IMG/VR virus record: IMGVR_UViG_3300014960_000001
Span: 1-38,116 of that record
Direction: 5' to 3' (one strand)
Length of the DNA stretch: 38,116 nucleotides
Origin: a virus
Every line of letters begins with the position of its first letter. Within the stretch, counting starts at the first letter, position 1. A model generated the notes under the pieces. The model was not told the origin of the DNA. It saw only the letters and a program-made list of their open reading frames with translations, and searched no databases. Both the position numbers and the translations under genes were made by a program. This document shows positions 31,010 to 38,116 of this stretch, piece by piece.

Positions 31010-31200
31010 ACACCTTAGACAAAAACGGCCTGTAAGCCTTGGTACGACTAGGGCGCAAGACGTGTTGTTGGTATCTACGGAAAGATAACTAACTTTCTGC
31101 CACCACAAGGAAAGTTATGGCGGATTGTCTAAGGAACTATGCTATTTGATTACCCGCAAACCCTTGTGCCGCCTAGAGGTGGTTTGCGTTTTTAGACACC
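31005..31200. promoter_or_regulatory. attP-like region with four TTAGACA arm-type repeats and a central inverted repeat
   Basis: TTAGACA occurs at 31006, 31015 and 31192, with an inverted copy (TGTCTAA) at 31126. AACTTTC (31091-31097) and GAAAGTT (31110-31116) flank a 12-nt spacer. Confidence 0.45.
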
Positions 31201-31266
31201 CAAGTTGCGACGGAAACGGCGCATCCACCCGCAGCCGCAGGCAGAGGATGGCGTGGCGGATGAGGG

Positions 31267-31767
31267 TCACGATGCCGTGCCATTCTTCTTGTCGAATGAA
31301 CGCATGGCGCCGATCCCGAGCATCCCGAACAGAACCTGGAAGGTGAGATTGGTGTCGATTACCGGATAGGCGCCGGCATAGTGAAAACCAACCGTGGCGA
31401 CAAACCGGATGATCGGCTCGATTACGCCAACATAAGCCAGAGAAACGCCGCCAACCCATCCGCAGAACGGCCGCCAGCCGGCAACGAACAGGCTGGCCGA
31501 TTTGGCCTCGTTATCATTCACGCCAATCTGCGCGAGCTGCAGCTTGATGCTGTTGTCCAGGCAGAACTTCTGAAATTCGATGTCGATCTTCTTGGCTTCG
31601 AGCAGCTGGTCAGGATTCATGCCGGCGAGGGTTTGCTTGATCCCTTCCACCGTCTTGTCGCTGGCGCCGAACTTCTCAGCAAGCCACTCGATTCCTGAGC
31701 CTACAAGGCCGCCAGCAGGGCCGCTAAGGAACGAACCTATGGCGGGTAGAGCATCAGTCCATGCCAT
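31267..31767 (-). CDS. Holin, GTA-type 3-TM holin family (166 aa from the ATG at 31767)
   Basis: SLFVAGWRPFCGWVGGVSLAY and the preceding helical region match the pattern of the 'holin of 3TMs, for gene-transfer release' family. Confidence 0.6.
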   Translation of the reverse strand: MAWTDALPAIGSFLSGPAGGLVGSGIEWLAEKFGASDKTVEGIKQTLAGMNPDQLLEAKKIDIEFQKFCLDNSIKLQLAQIGVNDNEAKSASLFVAGWRPFCGWVGGVSLAYVGVIEPIIRFVATVGFHYAGAYPVIDTNLTFQVLFGMLGIGAMRSFDKKNGTAS

Positions 31768-31768
31768 G

Positions 31769-32203
31769 CTAAATATCCTCCCTATCCCGCACCACCCGCA
31801 GCTGGTGCGCAGTGCTATGCGCCACAAGCTCACGAATCGCTCTTGGCATAATCACGCAGCCCTCGCTTGCCTTGCCCGATGGATTGGTGTCGCCGTGCAT
31901 GAAAAAGCCCGACCGACCGTGCATGTTGTTGGCAGGATCGGGAATCAGCGGAATGGCGAACGGGCCTAAATGTGACTGCAGAACAGGCTCGCCGAACGTG
32001 TAGATGCCGGTTGGCAGCGGCCCGACGCACTTCACATGGGCCATATCGGGGTTATTCACGCCCACCGGATCTTTGCCGCAGTTCCCGCCTGCGTAGCCTT
32101 TGGCAATGATGGTGGCCGACGGGTCGATCAGCTCGCCCGTTTGCTGGATGTACGTCCACATCAGCGTGGCCCATGCAAGAACGCAGGCCATACGACGGCC
32201 CAT
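31769..32203 (-). CDS. YkuD/L,D-transpeptidase-fold (DUF2778/Tlde1-like) cell-wall enzyme with an N-terminal hydrophobic anchor; putative endolysin
   Basis: MHGDTNPSGKASEGCVIM matches the YkuD catalytic signature HG..P...G..S.GC(V/I).M. The N-terminus ACVLAWATLMW is hydrophobic. The gene lies inside the lysis cassette. Confidence 0.55.
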   Translation of the reverse strand: MGRRMACVLAWATLMWTYIQQTGELIDPSATIIAKGYAGGNCGKDPVGVNNPDMAHVKCVGPLPTGIYTFGEPVLQSHLGPFAIPLIPDPANNMHGRSGFFMHGDTNPSGKASEGCVIMPRAIRELVAHSTAHQLRVVRDREDI

Positions 32204-32622
32204 AGCCAGCTCACCACCGCAATGGCACCCGCGGCCAGCACGACCTTCTGGATGTAAGCCTTGAGTTCCTTGCCATCCTTGCTGTCCTGAATCCAGCTTA
32301 AATGGGCTGTCCTGTGGCCGTCATAATCAGGCTCGCCGGTATCGTCGCGCGGGAAGGCTCTCTTCATGGCACGGATGAAGTCGCCATTGCCTTCGATGAA
32401 CGCATTAATGGATGTGCTCATGTTGGCGAACCGTGCGCTCATTTCCTGATACTGCGCTTCCATCCGGTTCTCGATATGAACGAGCTTGTTTTCAAGCTGA
32501 TCCTGCTTGTCGATGATATCGTCGTAGCGTTCCATTTCGTCAGCGATATGGTTATTAAGCAATTCTGTGAATTGGCCTAGATGCGCTTTTACCCGTCGTT
32601 CCTCGCCGTCCCATTCGCTCAC
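32161..32622 (-). CDS. Lysis-cassette protein with a C-terminal TM segment (153 aa from the GTG at 32622)
   Basis: GTGA overlap with the upstream stop and a GGAGA RBS. The C-terminus is VVLAAGAIAVVSWLWAVVWPAFL. The track start at 32637 is a TTG. Confidence 0.5.
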   Translation of the reverse strand: MSEWDGEERRVKAHLGQFTELLNNHIADEMERYDDIIDKQDQLENKLVHIENRMEAQYQEMSARFANMSTSINAFIEGNGDFIRAMKRAFPRDDTGEPDYDGHRTAHLSWIQDSKDGKELKAYIQKVVLAAGAIAVVSWLWAVVWPAFLHGPR

Positions 32623-32891
32623 GGCATTGATCTCCAATTGTGCATGAGGATGATCCCGTAGAAGCCGATCAGGATGACCAACACCGGCAGCGACTCAGAG
32701 CCGATGAAGAATCCCAGTCCGGTGACAGCAACCGTCTTGATGGCGAGGACGCAGTCAATGCCGAAGTTGTCGAACAGGAATGCCATGATCTTGTTCTGCT
32801 CGTAGCCGCCTTTGGCGATGATGGTGCGGGTGCTGTACCAGTCAAGTAACTGGGTGAGGCACAGTAGGGCGGTGAGGGCAAGGAGGATCAC
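32619..32891 (-). CDS. Small multi-TM membrane protein (90 aa), DUF5658-like
   Basis: Three hydrophobic segments. The GTG start overlaps the tail-fibre stop as GTGA. Confidence 0.5.
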   Translation of the reverse strand: MILLALTALLCLTQLLDWYSTRTIIAKGGYEQNKIMAFLFDNFGIDCVLAIKTVAVTGLGFFIGSESLPVLVILIGFYGIILMHNWRSMP

Positions 32892-34351
32892 GGATGAGCC
32901 TCCAGTTGTTGGACGCGGGCGGTGAGGGATTGGATGAGTGCTTGCTGTTCCTTGATTGCGGCAGCAAGCAGCGGGATCGTGTCGGTCATCGACAGACCAA
33001 GCTGATCGGGGTTCTCTGTCGACACGGCTTCGGGAAGCACGGCAAGAACATCTTGTGCGATAAGGAATGGTTTGCGTGTCTTGCTAGGGTCGAATGACTC
33101 GATGTAGTTGCCGACCACCGTGCGGAGCGTCATCACCTTATCGACTGCATTTGTGATCGGCTCAAAGTTTTCCTTGAATCGCTCATCAGAAACGGCAGTC
33201 CAAGAGGTTGCACCACCACCACTAAGATATACCCCGCCAGAAGTGTTGCGGCACAATAGCTGATGCGTTGCCCCTCCGACGATGGCAGCATAGTCACCAA
33301 CATAAGCAACCGCACTTCCGTTGCCGTTGAAGTTCAATCCCGGCCCGTAACCAGTAGCATTCGATCCGCTAATAGTTATTTGGTCAAACGAATTCCCTGT
33401 GCCTCCTTTACCAACGGTAAGGTTTGCATTACTGTCCAACGTCATCGCCGTTGTCCAAGTGATGGCGTTACCTGCGGTGCCGGAGGCGGCGGTGTACCAG
33501 TTATGCGATCCGTTTGTAATTGCATACTGTCCAGCAGCGAAGCCGCTTTGCGCGTATTTCCATCCAGCGTTGTAATAAACCATTTCAGACAGATACAGCC
33601 CAGCGTTATTGCCGGAAATACTAGACCCTAGTGCGCCTATTTCAATACCTTTAAGCGTAGCCCAAGCACTCGGGCTGACACCCAAGCCTAAATTTCCAGA
33701 GGCGTCGAGGGTGGCTAAAGCGGAGTTGTTATAGCCGATGAAAAACTTACTGCCGTCATTGAACGCAGATAATTCCCATTGCGTACTTGTGTCGCCACCA
33801 ACAAGAGCAATTTGAGCGTAATTTGCCGCTAACGCTTTGACTGTGAGTTGATGATTGGCGACAAGGGACGCTGTACCAACTCCAACACTCCCCGTCGCAC
33901 TCAGCGTCCCACTTACCGCGAGTCCGGTGTTACTTAACGCCGCAGTTTTTGACTGATCCGGTGAATATAGTGTCAACGCACTTGCAGAAAAAGAAAGATT
34001 CCCAAGACCGGAACCACCATTTCCTGCGCCACCAATACTTATAACGCTTGCATCTGAATAGAGATAGCCAACCTTCGCACTTCCGGCAGAACCAGTCCAT
34101 GTTAAAACATCACCACCAGAAGTAGCGCGAGTGAATGCGCCTGCAACAGCAGATGTAGCAGTAAAGTTCCCCGCCCCCGCCGTCAGCGTGCCGGTGCCGA
34201 TATTCCACGACGGATTCCCTGCCGTGATGGCAGTGCGCACGGCGGCCATGTCGGCGGGGTCACTAAAGATCGTATAGTGAAGCCGATTCAAATCGTTAAA
34301 CCAATCGGCGTCGCTGAGCGTGGTCCCATTTATGAACGTCGTAGAACTCAT
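32888..34351 (-). CDS. Tail fibre/spike with a C-terminal S74 intramolecular chaperone domain
   Basis: The C-terminus SDERFKENFEPI...LRTVVGNY...FLIAQDVLAVLPEAV...LLAAAIKEQQALIQSLTARVQQLE is the S74 auto-cleaving chaperone pattern. The body is Gly/Ser/Thr/Ala-rich. Confidence 0.75.
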   Translation of the reverse strand: MSSTTFINGTTLSDADWFNDLNRLHYTIFSDPADMAAVRTAITAGNPSWNIGTGTLTAGAGNFTATSAVAGAFTRATSGGDVLTWTGSAGSAKVGYLYSDASVISIGGAGNGGSGLGNLSFSASALTLYSPDQSKTAALSNTGLAVSGTLSATGSVGVGTASLVANHQLTVKALAANYAQIALVGGDTSTQWELSAFNDGSKFFIGYNNSALATLDASGNLGLGVSPSAWATLKGIEIGALGSSISGNNAGLYLSEMVYYNAGWKYAQSGFAAGQYAITNGSHNWYTAASGTAGNAITWTTAMTLDSNANLTVGKGGTGNSFDQITISGSNATGYGPGLNFNGNGSAVAYVGDYAAIVGGATHQLLCRNTSGGVYLSGGGATSWTAVSDERFKENFEPITNAVDKVMTLRTVVGNYIESFDPSKTRKPFLIAQDVLAVLPEAVSTENPDQLGLSMTDTIPLLAAAIKEQQALIQSLTARVQQLEAHP

Positions 34352-34366
34352 TTAGGTTGCTCCAAT

Positions 34367-34395
34367 AAAAAAAGCCACCGCATCGGGTGGCCTTG
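34367..34395 (-). terminator. Rho-independent terminator between the internal-virion genes and the tail-fibre gene
   Basis: The minus strand reads GCCACC-cgatgc-GGTGGC followed by TTTTTTTATT. Confidence 0.7.
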
Positions 34396-34560
34396 AATGT
34401 TTCTGCAGAAGGGCTATGCTTTACGGCTATGGAACTATTCTTCGCAACGCTGATAAAGCCGTTCTATGCCTTGATTCTTTTCGGGCTTATCTGTCTTCCG
34501 GCCAGACTCGCCGTGATGAAGTGGATGCCTGAAGGGAAGGTCAAACGGTTCCTGCTTATC

Positions 34561-36363
34561 TCAACGGACGGAACGCCCGTTAGAAACCCCTACAGCCGTG
34601 ACGGGCGATAGATAAGGAACGTCCTGGCTTAACAGCTTCATGAATGCATTCGTCGCTGGCGGATTGAGAGCTGCCCGCGCATCCGTTGGATTCAGAACCA
34701 TTTCAGCCAGCTTGCTTTGCACCGCAGGTTCTGACACGCCCCGATAAAGCATGTTCGGAACTTTCATGAGCGTCTGCAGCAGAGCATTTTCACCGAACGA
34801 TTCAGGAAGACCGAGCGGACCTAGAATTTGCCGCAGGATGTTATTGCTGGCGATATTCTGAGCAGTTGGCGAACCGGGCGCCATGCCAAGCTGTGCTGCA
34901 GCTGCTGTGCGGGCCATCTGGTCGCCGACGCCATTGATCGTCGCCATCTGGTCTGGCGTCATCACGGCACCCATAGGCTTGCGGAATCCGGTCACTGATT
35001 TGACGGTATCCGCATCGCCGCGCACCGCATTGGCGAACATGCTCGGCCTTGAGCCAGGCATCGCAATGCCGAAGTCCTCAAGCGCCGGGATCAGTTTGTC
35101 ATAGAGGTGCTGGCCGATCTTCTGCTGATCGATGGGCTTGCTAAGTGCCTCGAATTCAGAGCGGGCAATCCCATATTCCGGAATCTTCGATTCAAGCCAA
35201 TTCAAGAACGCAGACTTCGCATCCTTCTCTGCGGCCGAAGCACTTCGCGCTGCGCCAGTTGTTGGATCAGCAATTAGCGCCGAGTCAATGCCCATCTTCA
35301 GATCGTGAAGGCCAGAACCGAGATAAGCAGGGTTCTTATCGATTGTTCCAGTCACTGGATTAAAAATTGAGCGAGTGAGCTGGAACGGAGCACCACGATT
35401 CGCCGCATTGTTGGTCGCCGCACGCATGCCATCCTGAATGATTGGCCGTGCCAGAAGATCATCGAGCGTTGCATCGCCATCAACGACGGCCTGCTTCGCC
35501 TTGGCATAGTTCGCCTGCACAGCTGCTTCTCTGGCATCAATAGCCGCCTGCTTCTCTGCGTCGCTGCCGGCGATATTTCCAACGGCTGTCTTTATGGCTG
35601 CTTTGTTTGCGCCCTGCCGCGTAGCCAGTGCGCCGGCCGTCTTTGGTTCGGCGTTCTGTGCCGCACGCTGCAATATCGCCAAGCCAGGGTCAAGTGTGAC
35701 TTCGGCTGTCGTTGGTGCAACGCCGGCCACGGATGGAACGAACGAATCAATGGCTGACGTTGCTGCCGCGGGGTCAGTAGCAAAGCGCCGGATTGTTTCT
35801 TCAGCAAGGCGTCGTTGGCCAGCGTCGGTGAATGGATCAACCAAGGCCGCTTTGCCAACCCTGGCAACACCGCTTAGCAGCGGAATGACAGAATTTCCGC
35901 CACCTGAGAACAGCGCACCAGCAGCACGATCACTCGCATCACCTGGCGTTGTCGCTGCGCCATAAACGCCACCAACACTCGCTGCCTGCGGAATGGATTG
36001 TGGCTTTGATAGACCTTCGCCGGTATATCGAAGCGCGCGAGCAAGCAGAGGGTATTTGGCGGCAAGTTGTGAAAAGCCAGCAAGCATTCGGCCGCCACCA
36101 ACCATCGTCGATAGATCGGTGATGCCGGCGCCGACTTGAGCAGCGCCACGCCGCATCAGAGCTTCGTCCGCAGGTTCCGGCGTCCTTAGCCCAAGCGTGC
36201 CAACGTCTTCAGCACGTTTGCCAGCACCAGCGGCGAGCAGTTCGAAAGTCGACATATCTTTCGTCGGGTCATCGGCTGCAATAGGCGCTGATCGCCACGC
36301 TTTTGTTTTGTCGCCACCAAATCCAGCCTTGGCATCAACTACAGGAGCAGTTTGCCATCCCAT
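34561..36363 (-). CDS. Internal virion/ejection protein (600 aa)
   Basis: A large Ala/Gly-rich ORF, last of three large genes after the tail genes. The call is positional. Confidence 0.55.
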   Translation of the reverse strand: MGWQTAPVVDAKAGFGGDKTKAWRSAPIAADDPTKDMSTFELLAAGAGKRAEDVGTLGLRTPEPADEALMRRGAAQVGAGITDLSTMVGGGRMLAGFSQLAAKYPLLARALRYTGEGLSKPQSIPQAASVGGVYGAATTPGDASDRAAGALFSGGGNSVIPLLSGVARVGKAALVDPFTDAGQRRLAEETIRRFATDPAAATSAIDSFVPSVAGVAPTTAEVTLDPGLAILQRAAQNAEPKTAGALATRQGANKAAIKTAVGNIAGSDAEKQAAIDAREAAVQANYAKAKQAVVDGDATLDDLLARPIIQDGMRAATNNAANRGAPFQLTRSIFNPVTGTIDKNPAYLGSGLHDLKMGIDSALIADPTTGAARSASAAEKDAKSAFLNWLESKIPEYGIARSEFEALSKPIDQQKIGQHLYDKLIPALEDFGIAMPGSRPSMFANAVRGDADTVKSVTGFRKPMGAVMTPDQMATINGVGDQMARTAAAAQLGMAPGSPTAQNIASNNILRQILGPLGLPESFGENALLQTLMKVPNMLYRGVSEPAVQSKLAEMVLNPTDARAALNPPATNAFMKLLSQDVPYLSPVTAVGVSNGRSVR

Positions 36364-37652
36364 TATGGCTTCCTTCTTGTCGTGCCATCTGGTGCGACGA
36401 ACTGCGTTCCAGATGGGAGTTTGTCGTAATCTGCATCAGACGTAACCTTTGGCAATCCGCCAGGCTGCGAAGTCACGCCGGCCTTCTTTGCGTTCTGCTC
36501 GTAGGACGGACCAGCTTGGATCTTCAAGGTTTCTTCGGTCAATCGACGCATTTCTGCCTTCTGAGCCTTTACCTCTTCAGAATCGCCCGGCCGCGGGAAG
36601 AACATCGGACCATAGGTGTCATATTCGCTCTTGCTGATTGCCGCGCCAGACTCCTTGCGAAGCACCGCGGCGATGTAGTTCTTCTCGGCATTCATGAACT
36701 GCTGCATCTTCGGCGACACCAGATAGTTTCCGGCAACCGGCGTACTTCCTGCGGCGAATTCGGACGCCTTTGGTGCGAACGGTTTTCCGTCCGCGTCCTT
36801 GATCGAATCCAAGTCCTTCAATGCCTGCCCGGCGCGCAGCGCGAATGCTGTTGCATTTCCCTGCGTTTCGGTCAGCGGCTTGCCAGGAAGTCCTGGAATC
36901 TGAGTAACCGATCCGGTCGGATTTTCCTTGGTCGGCGCAAACACGAAGCCCCCCGCATCCGCATTGAATACCGGCTTCGGATTGTTGAAGTGGCGCTCAG
37001 ACTGCGCAAGCGATTCTCTCGCCCGCGCGTCGGTCATGTTCTGGCCGCGGATGGTGGTGTTGTTACTGGCTACGCTGTCGGGCGTCTGAGTCTTGGTGAT
37101 TGGCGTTGCACCTTGCAACGGAAGTCCGGTCAGGTTGTCCATCGGCCGAATATCGCCGCCTGTATCCGCCCAATGAACATCGGGCTTGGCACCGAACTGA
37201 GACACTTCCTGCGTGCCGTCCTTGTAGGTCATGACGCGCACAGGCTGACCATTGCGCATTTCTGTCGTTACTTCCTTGAGTTCCGGCATCAGCTTGATTC
37301 CAGTATCGCGCATCTTCATGGCTTGGTCGGTTTTCCCGTTGGCCTCGTAGATGTCGGCGATGTCGAAATGCTGCTGAGCCAGCGCCCGAGCAGAACTACC
37401 AGGCGAGCTACCACCGCCAGAGAATATCGAGGCGCCAGACTGCCCCGATGCACCCGCAGCACGACGCTTTGCAATCTCGTCACGAATAGCCTTGTCGCGC
37501 TCAATAGAATCGACAAGGACGGAATTCTGCAGCGCCTCTTTCTGCAACCCCATCAGCTGCGCGAGCTTGTTTAGGCCACCAGCTTCATTCTGCCGATTGA
37601 TCTGATCCTGCTGCAGGTATCCACCGAGGAACGGGACATCAGTTAGCGCCAT
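36363..37652 (-). CDS. Internal virion/ejection protein (429 aa from the ATG at 37652)
   Basis: A GCGGAGG RBS precedes the ATG at 37652. The track start at 37658 is a TTG. Confidence 0.55.
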   Translation of the reverse strand: MALTDVPFLGGYLQQDQINRQNEAGGLNKLAQLMGLQKEALQNSVLVDSIERDKAIRDEIAKRRAAGASGQSGASIFSGGGSSPGSSARALAQQHFDIADIYEANGKTDQAMKMRDTGIKLMPELKEVTTEMRNGQPVRVMTYKDGTQEVSQFGAKPDVHWADTGGDIRPMDNLTGLPLQGATPITKTQTPDSVASNNTTIRGQNMTDARARESLAQSERHFNNPKPVFNADAGGFVFAPTKENPTGSVTQIPGLPGKPLTETQGNATAFALRAGQALKDLDSIKDADGKPFAPKASEFAAGSTPVAGNYLVSPKMQQFMNAEKNYIAAVLRKESGAAISKSEYDTYGPMFFPRPGDSEEVKAQKAEMRRLTEETLKIQAGPSYEQNAKKAGVTSQPGGLPKVTSDADYDKLPSGTQFVAPDGTTRRKP

Positions 37653-37654
37653 GG

Positions 37655-38116
37655 TCAATAGCCTCCGCTTACCTTGTTAGGATTCATCGCCTGCATCAGC
37701 GCGGTCATCTGCTGCGCGGCAGTCTGCGGCGGATTGAAGATGTTGTTGGCGCCGGACCCGAGGGCATTCCACATGTTCGAGCTGGACCCGATGGCCGAAT
37801 TCTCTGCCTGCGGAGCAGCCGAATTGAACGACGACAGGCCGCCGAAGTTGGCAAGGTTCTTCTTCTCAGTGTCGAGCTGGCCCCACAGATTGTTCGTGGC
37901 GTAGTTCTGGCCCTGCTGCAGGGCGTTGCCGGACCCGAACGGGTTACCCTGCATTGAGAGCGAACGCATCAGCGAGTTGGTGCCTTGATCGACAGACGCC
38001 TTGACGCCAGGCGAGGTCAGGAACGACGACGGATCTGCATAGAGAGCCGCCAGTTTGTCGCGGTAAGGCTGACCCATGGCCGCGTATTTGTCGGCCGCTG
38101 CGGTGTAGGCATCGGC
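37655..38116 (-). CDS. C-terminal part of the junction-spanning 647-aa internal virion protein (see 1..1581)
   Basis: The track ORF 37655..38077 starts at an internal Met. The frame stays open to the window end and is continuous with 100..1581 through the overlap. Confidence 0.8.
   Translation of the reverse strand, partial: ADAYTAAADKYAAMGQPYRDKLAALYADPSSFLTSPGVKASVDQGTNSLMRSLSMQGNPFGSGNALQQGQNYATNNLWGQLDTEKKNLANFGGLSSFNSAAPQAENSAIGSSSNMWNALGSGANNIFNPPQTAAQQMTALMQAMNPNKVSGGY
38018..38116. repeat. Terminal direct repeat, copy 2 (identical to 1..99)
   Basis: Perfect 99-nt identity with the window start. Confidence 0.95.

Larger units (their letters stand above)
1..38116. mobile_element. Complete temperate phage genome (lambdoid regulation, P22/BPP-1-like head genes), circularly closed assembly, unique length 38,017 bp
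   Basis: The gene content forms one coherent phage: terS/terL/portal/scaffold/coat/virion/lysis, a cro-cI switch, replication and recombination genes, and integrase plus attP-like repeats. The first 99 nt equal the last 99 nt. Confidence 0.85.

Noticed and set aside
36303-37574. A 423-aa plus-strand ORF antisense to the 429-aa internal virion gene
   Set aside because: It has shadow-ORF composition (Arg/Leu-rich), no RBS context, and lies opposite a tightly packed operon gene.
1-38116. A diversity-generating retroelement, expected because the head genes resemble the BPP-1/P22-like group
   Set aside because: No reverse-transcriptase-like ORF occurs on either strand, and I saw no template/variable repeat pair near the tail-fibre gene.
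1-38116. tRNA, tmRNA, rRNA genes or a CRISPR array
   Set aside because: The intergenic regions are short and were read individually. I saw no cloverleaf-compatible sequence (no GTTCGAATC-type T-arm) and no regularly spaced direct repeats with spacers. The only periodic repeats are the coding 60-bp repeats and the iterons.

Overview
This window is a complete temperate phage genome assembled as a closed circle. Bases 1..99 are identical to 38018..38116, so the unique length is 38,017 bp. The sequence is GC-rich, and the layout is lambda-like. A divergent cro / cI switch sits at about 18.65-18.72 kb. Leftward on the minus strand run cro, an RHH protein, a Toprim+RecA-fold primase-helicase, VRR-NUC, a Q-like antiterminator and an AT-rich moron. 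These are followed by tandem terminators and the late operon: terS, terL, a P22-like portal, four unassigned virion genes, scaffold, a P22-gp5-like coat, putative tail/adaptor genes, three large internal-virion proteins, an S74-chaperone tail fibre and a lysis cassette. Rightward on the plus strand, cI is fused to a three-gene AT-rich small-protein cassette and a terminator. A PL-like promoter with cI-type operators follows, then a long leader and a Sak4-ATPase / DUF669 / Cas4-like nuclease / SF2 helicase recombination module. After that come many ATGA-coupled micro-genes, a C5 cytosine methyltransferase, Ea22-like genes, a DUF4224 xis-like gene, a tyrosine integrase and attP-like arm repeats. 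I found no tRNA, rRNA, CRISPR array or reverse transcriptase/DGR. The most unusual locus is the methyltransferase gene (26535..27482). It holds the only three long poly-G tracts in the genome (G10, G10, G8). Two, and locally three, same-strand reading frames look protein-coding there, and the tracts sit at the points where the frames hand over to each other. This suggests a hypermutable, combinatorial frame-switch between a methyltransferase and an overprinted protein. Other items worth a second look are the rex-like cassette behind cI and a CCGGACA iteron array at the 3' end of the primase-helicase gene. A duplicated GNRA-hairpin translation-initiation cassette precedes scaffold and coat. There is also a virion gene carrying 60-bp tandem repeats, and a YkuD/Tlde1-like enzyme sits in the lysis cassette where an endolysin is expected. 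All functional calls rest on motifs read by eye; no database search was possible.
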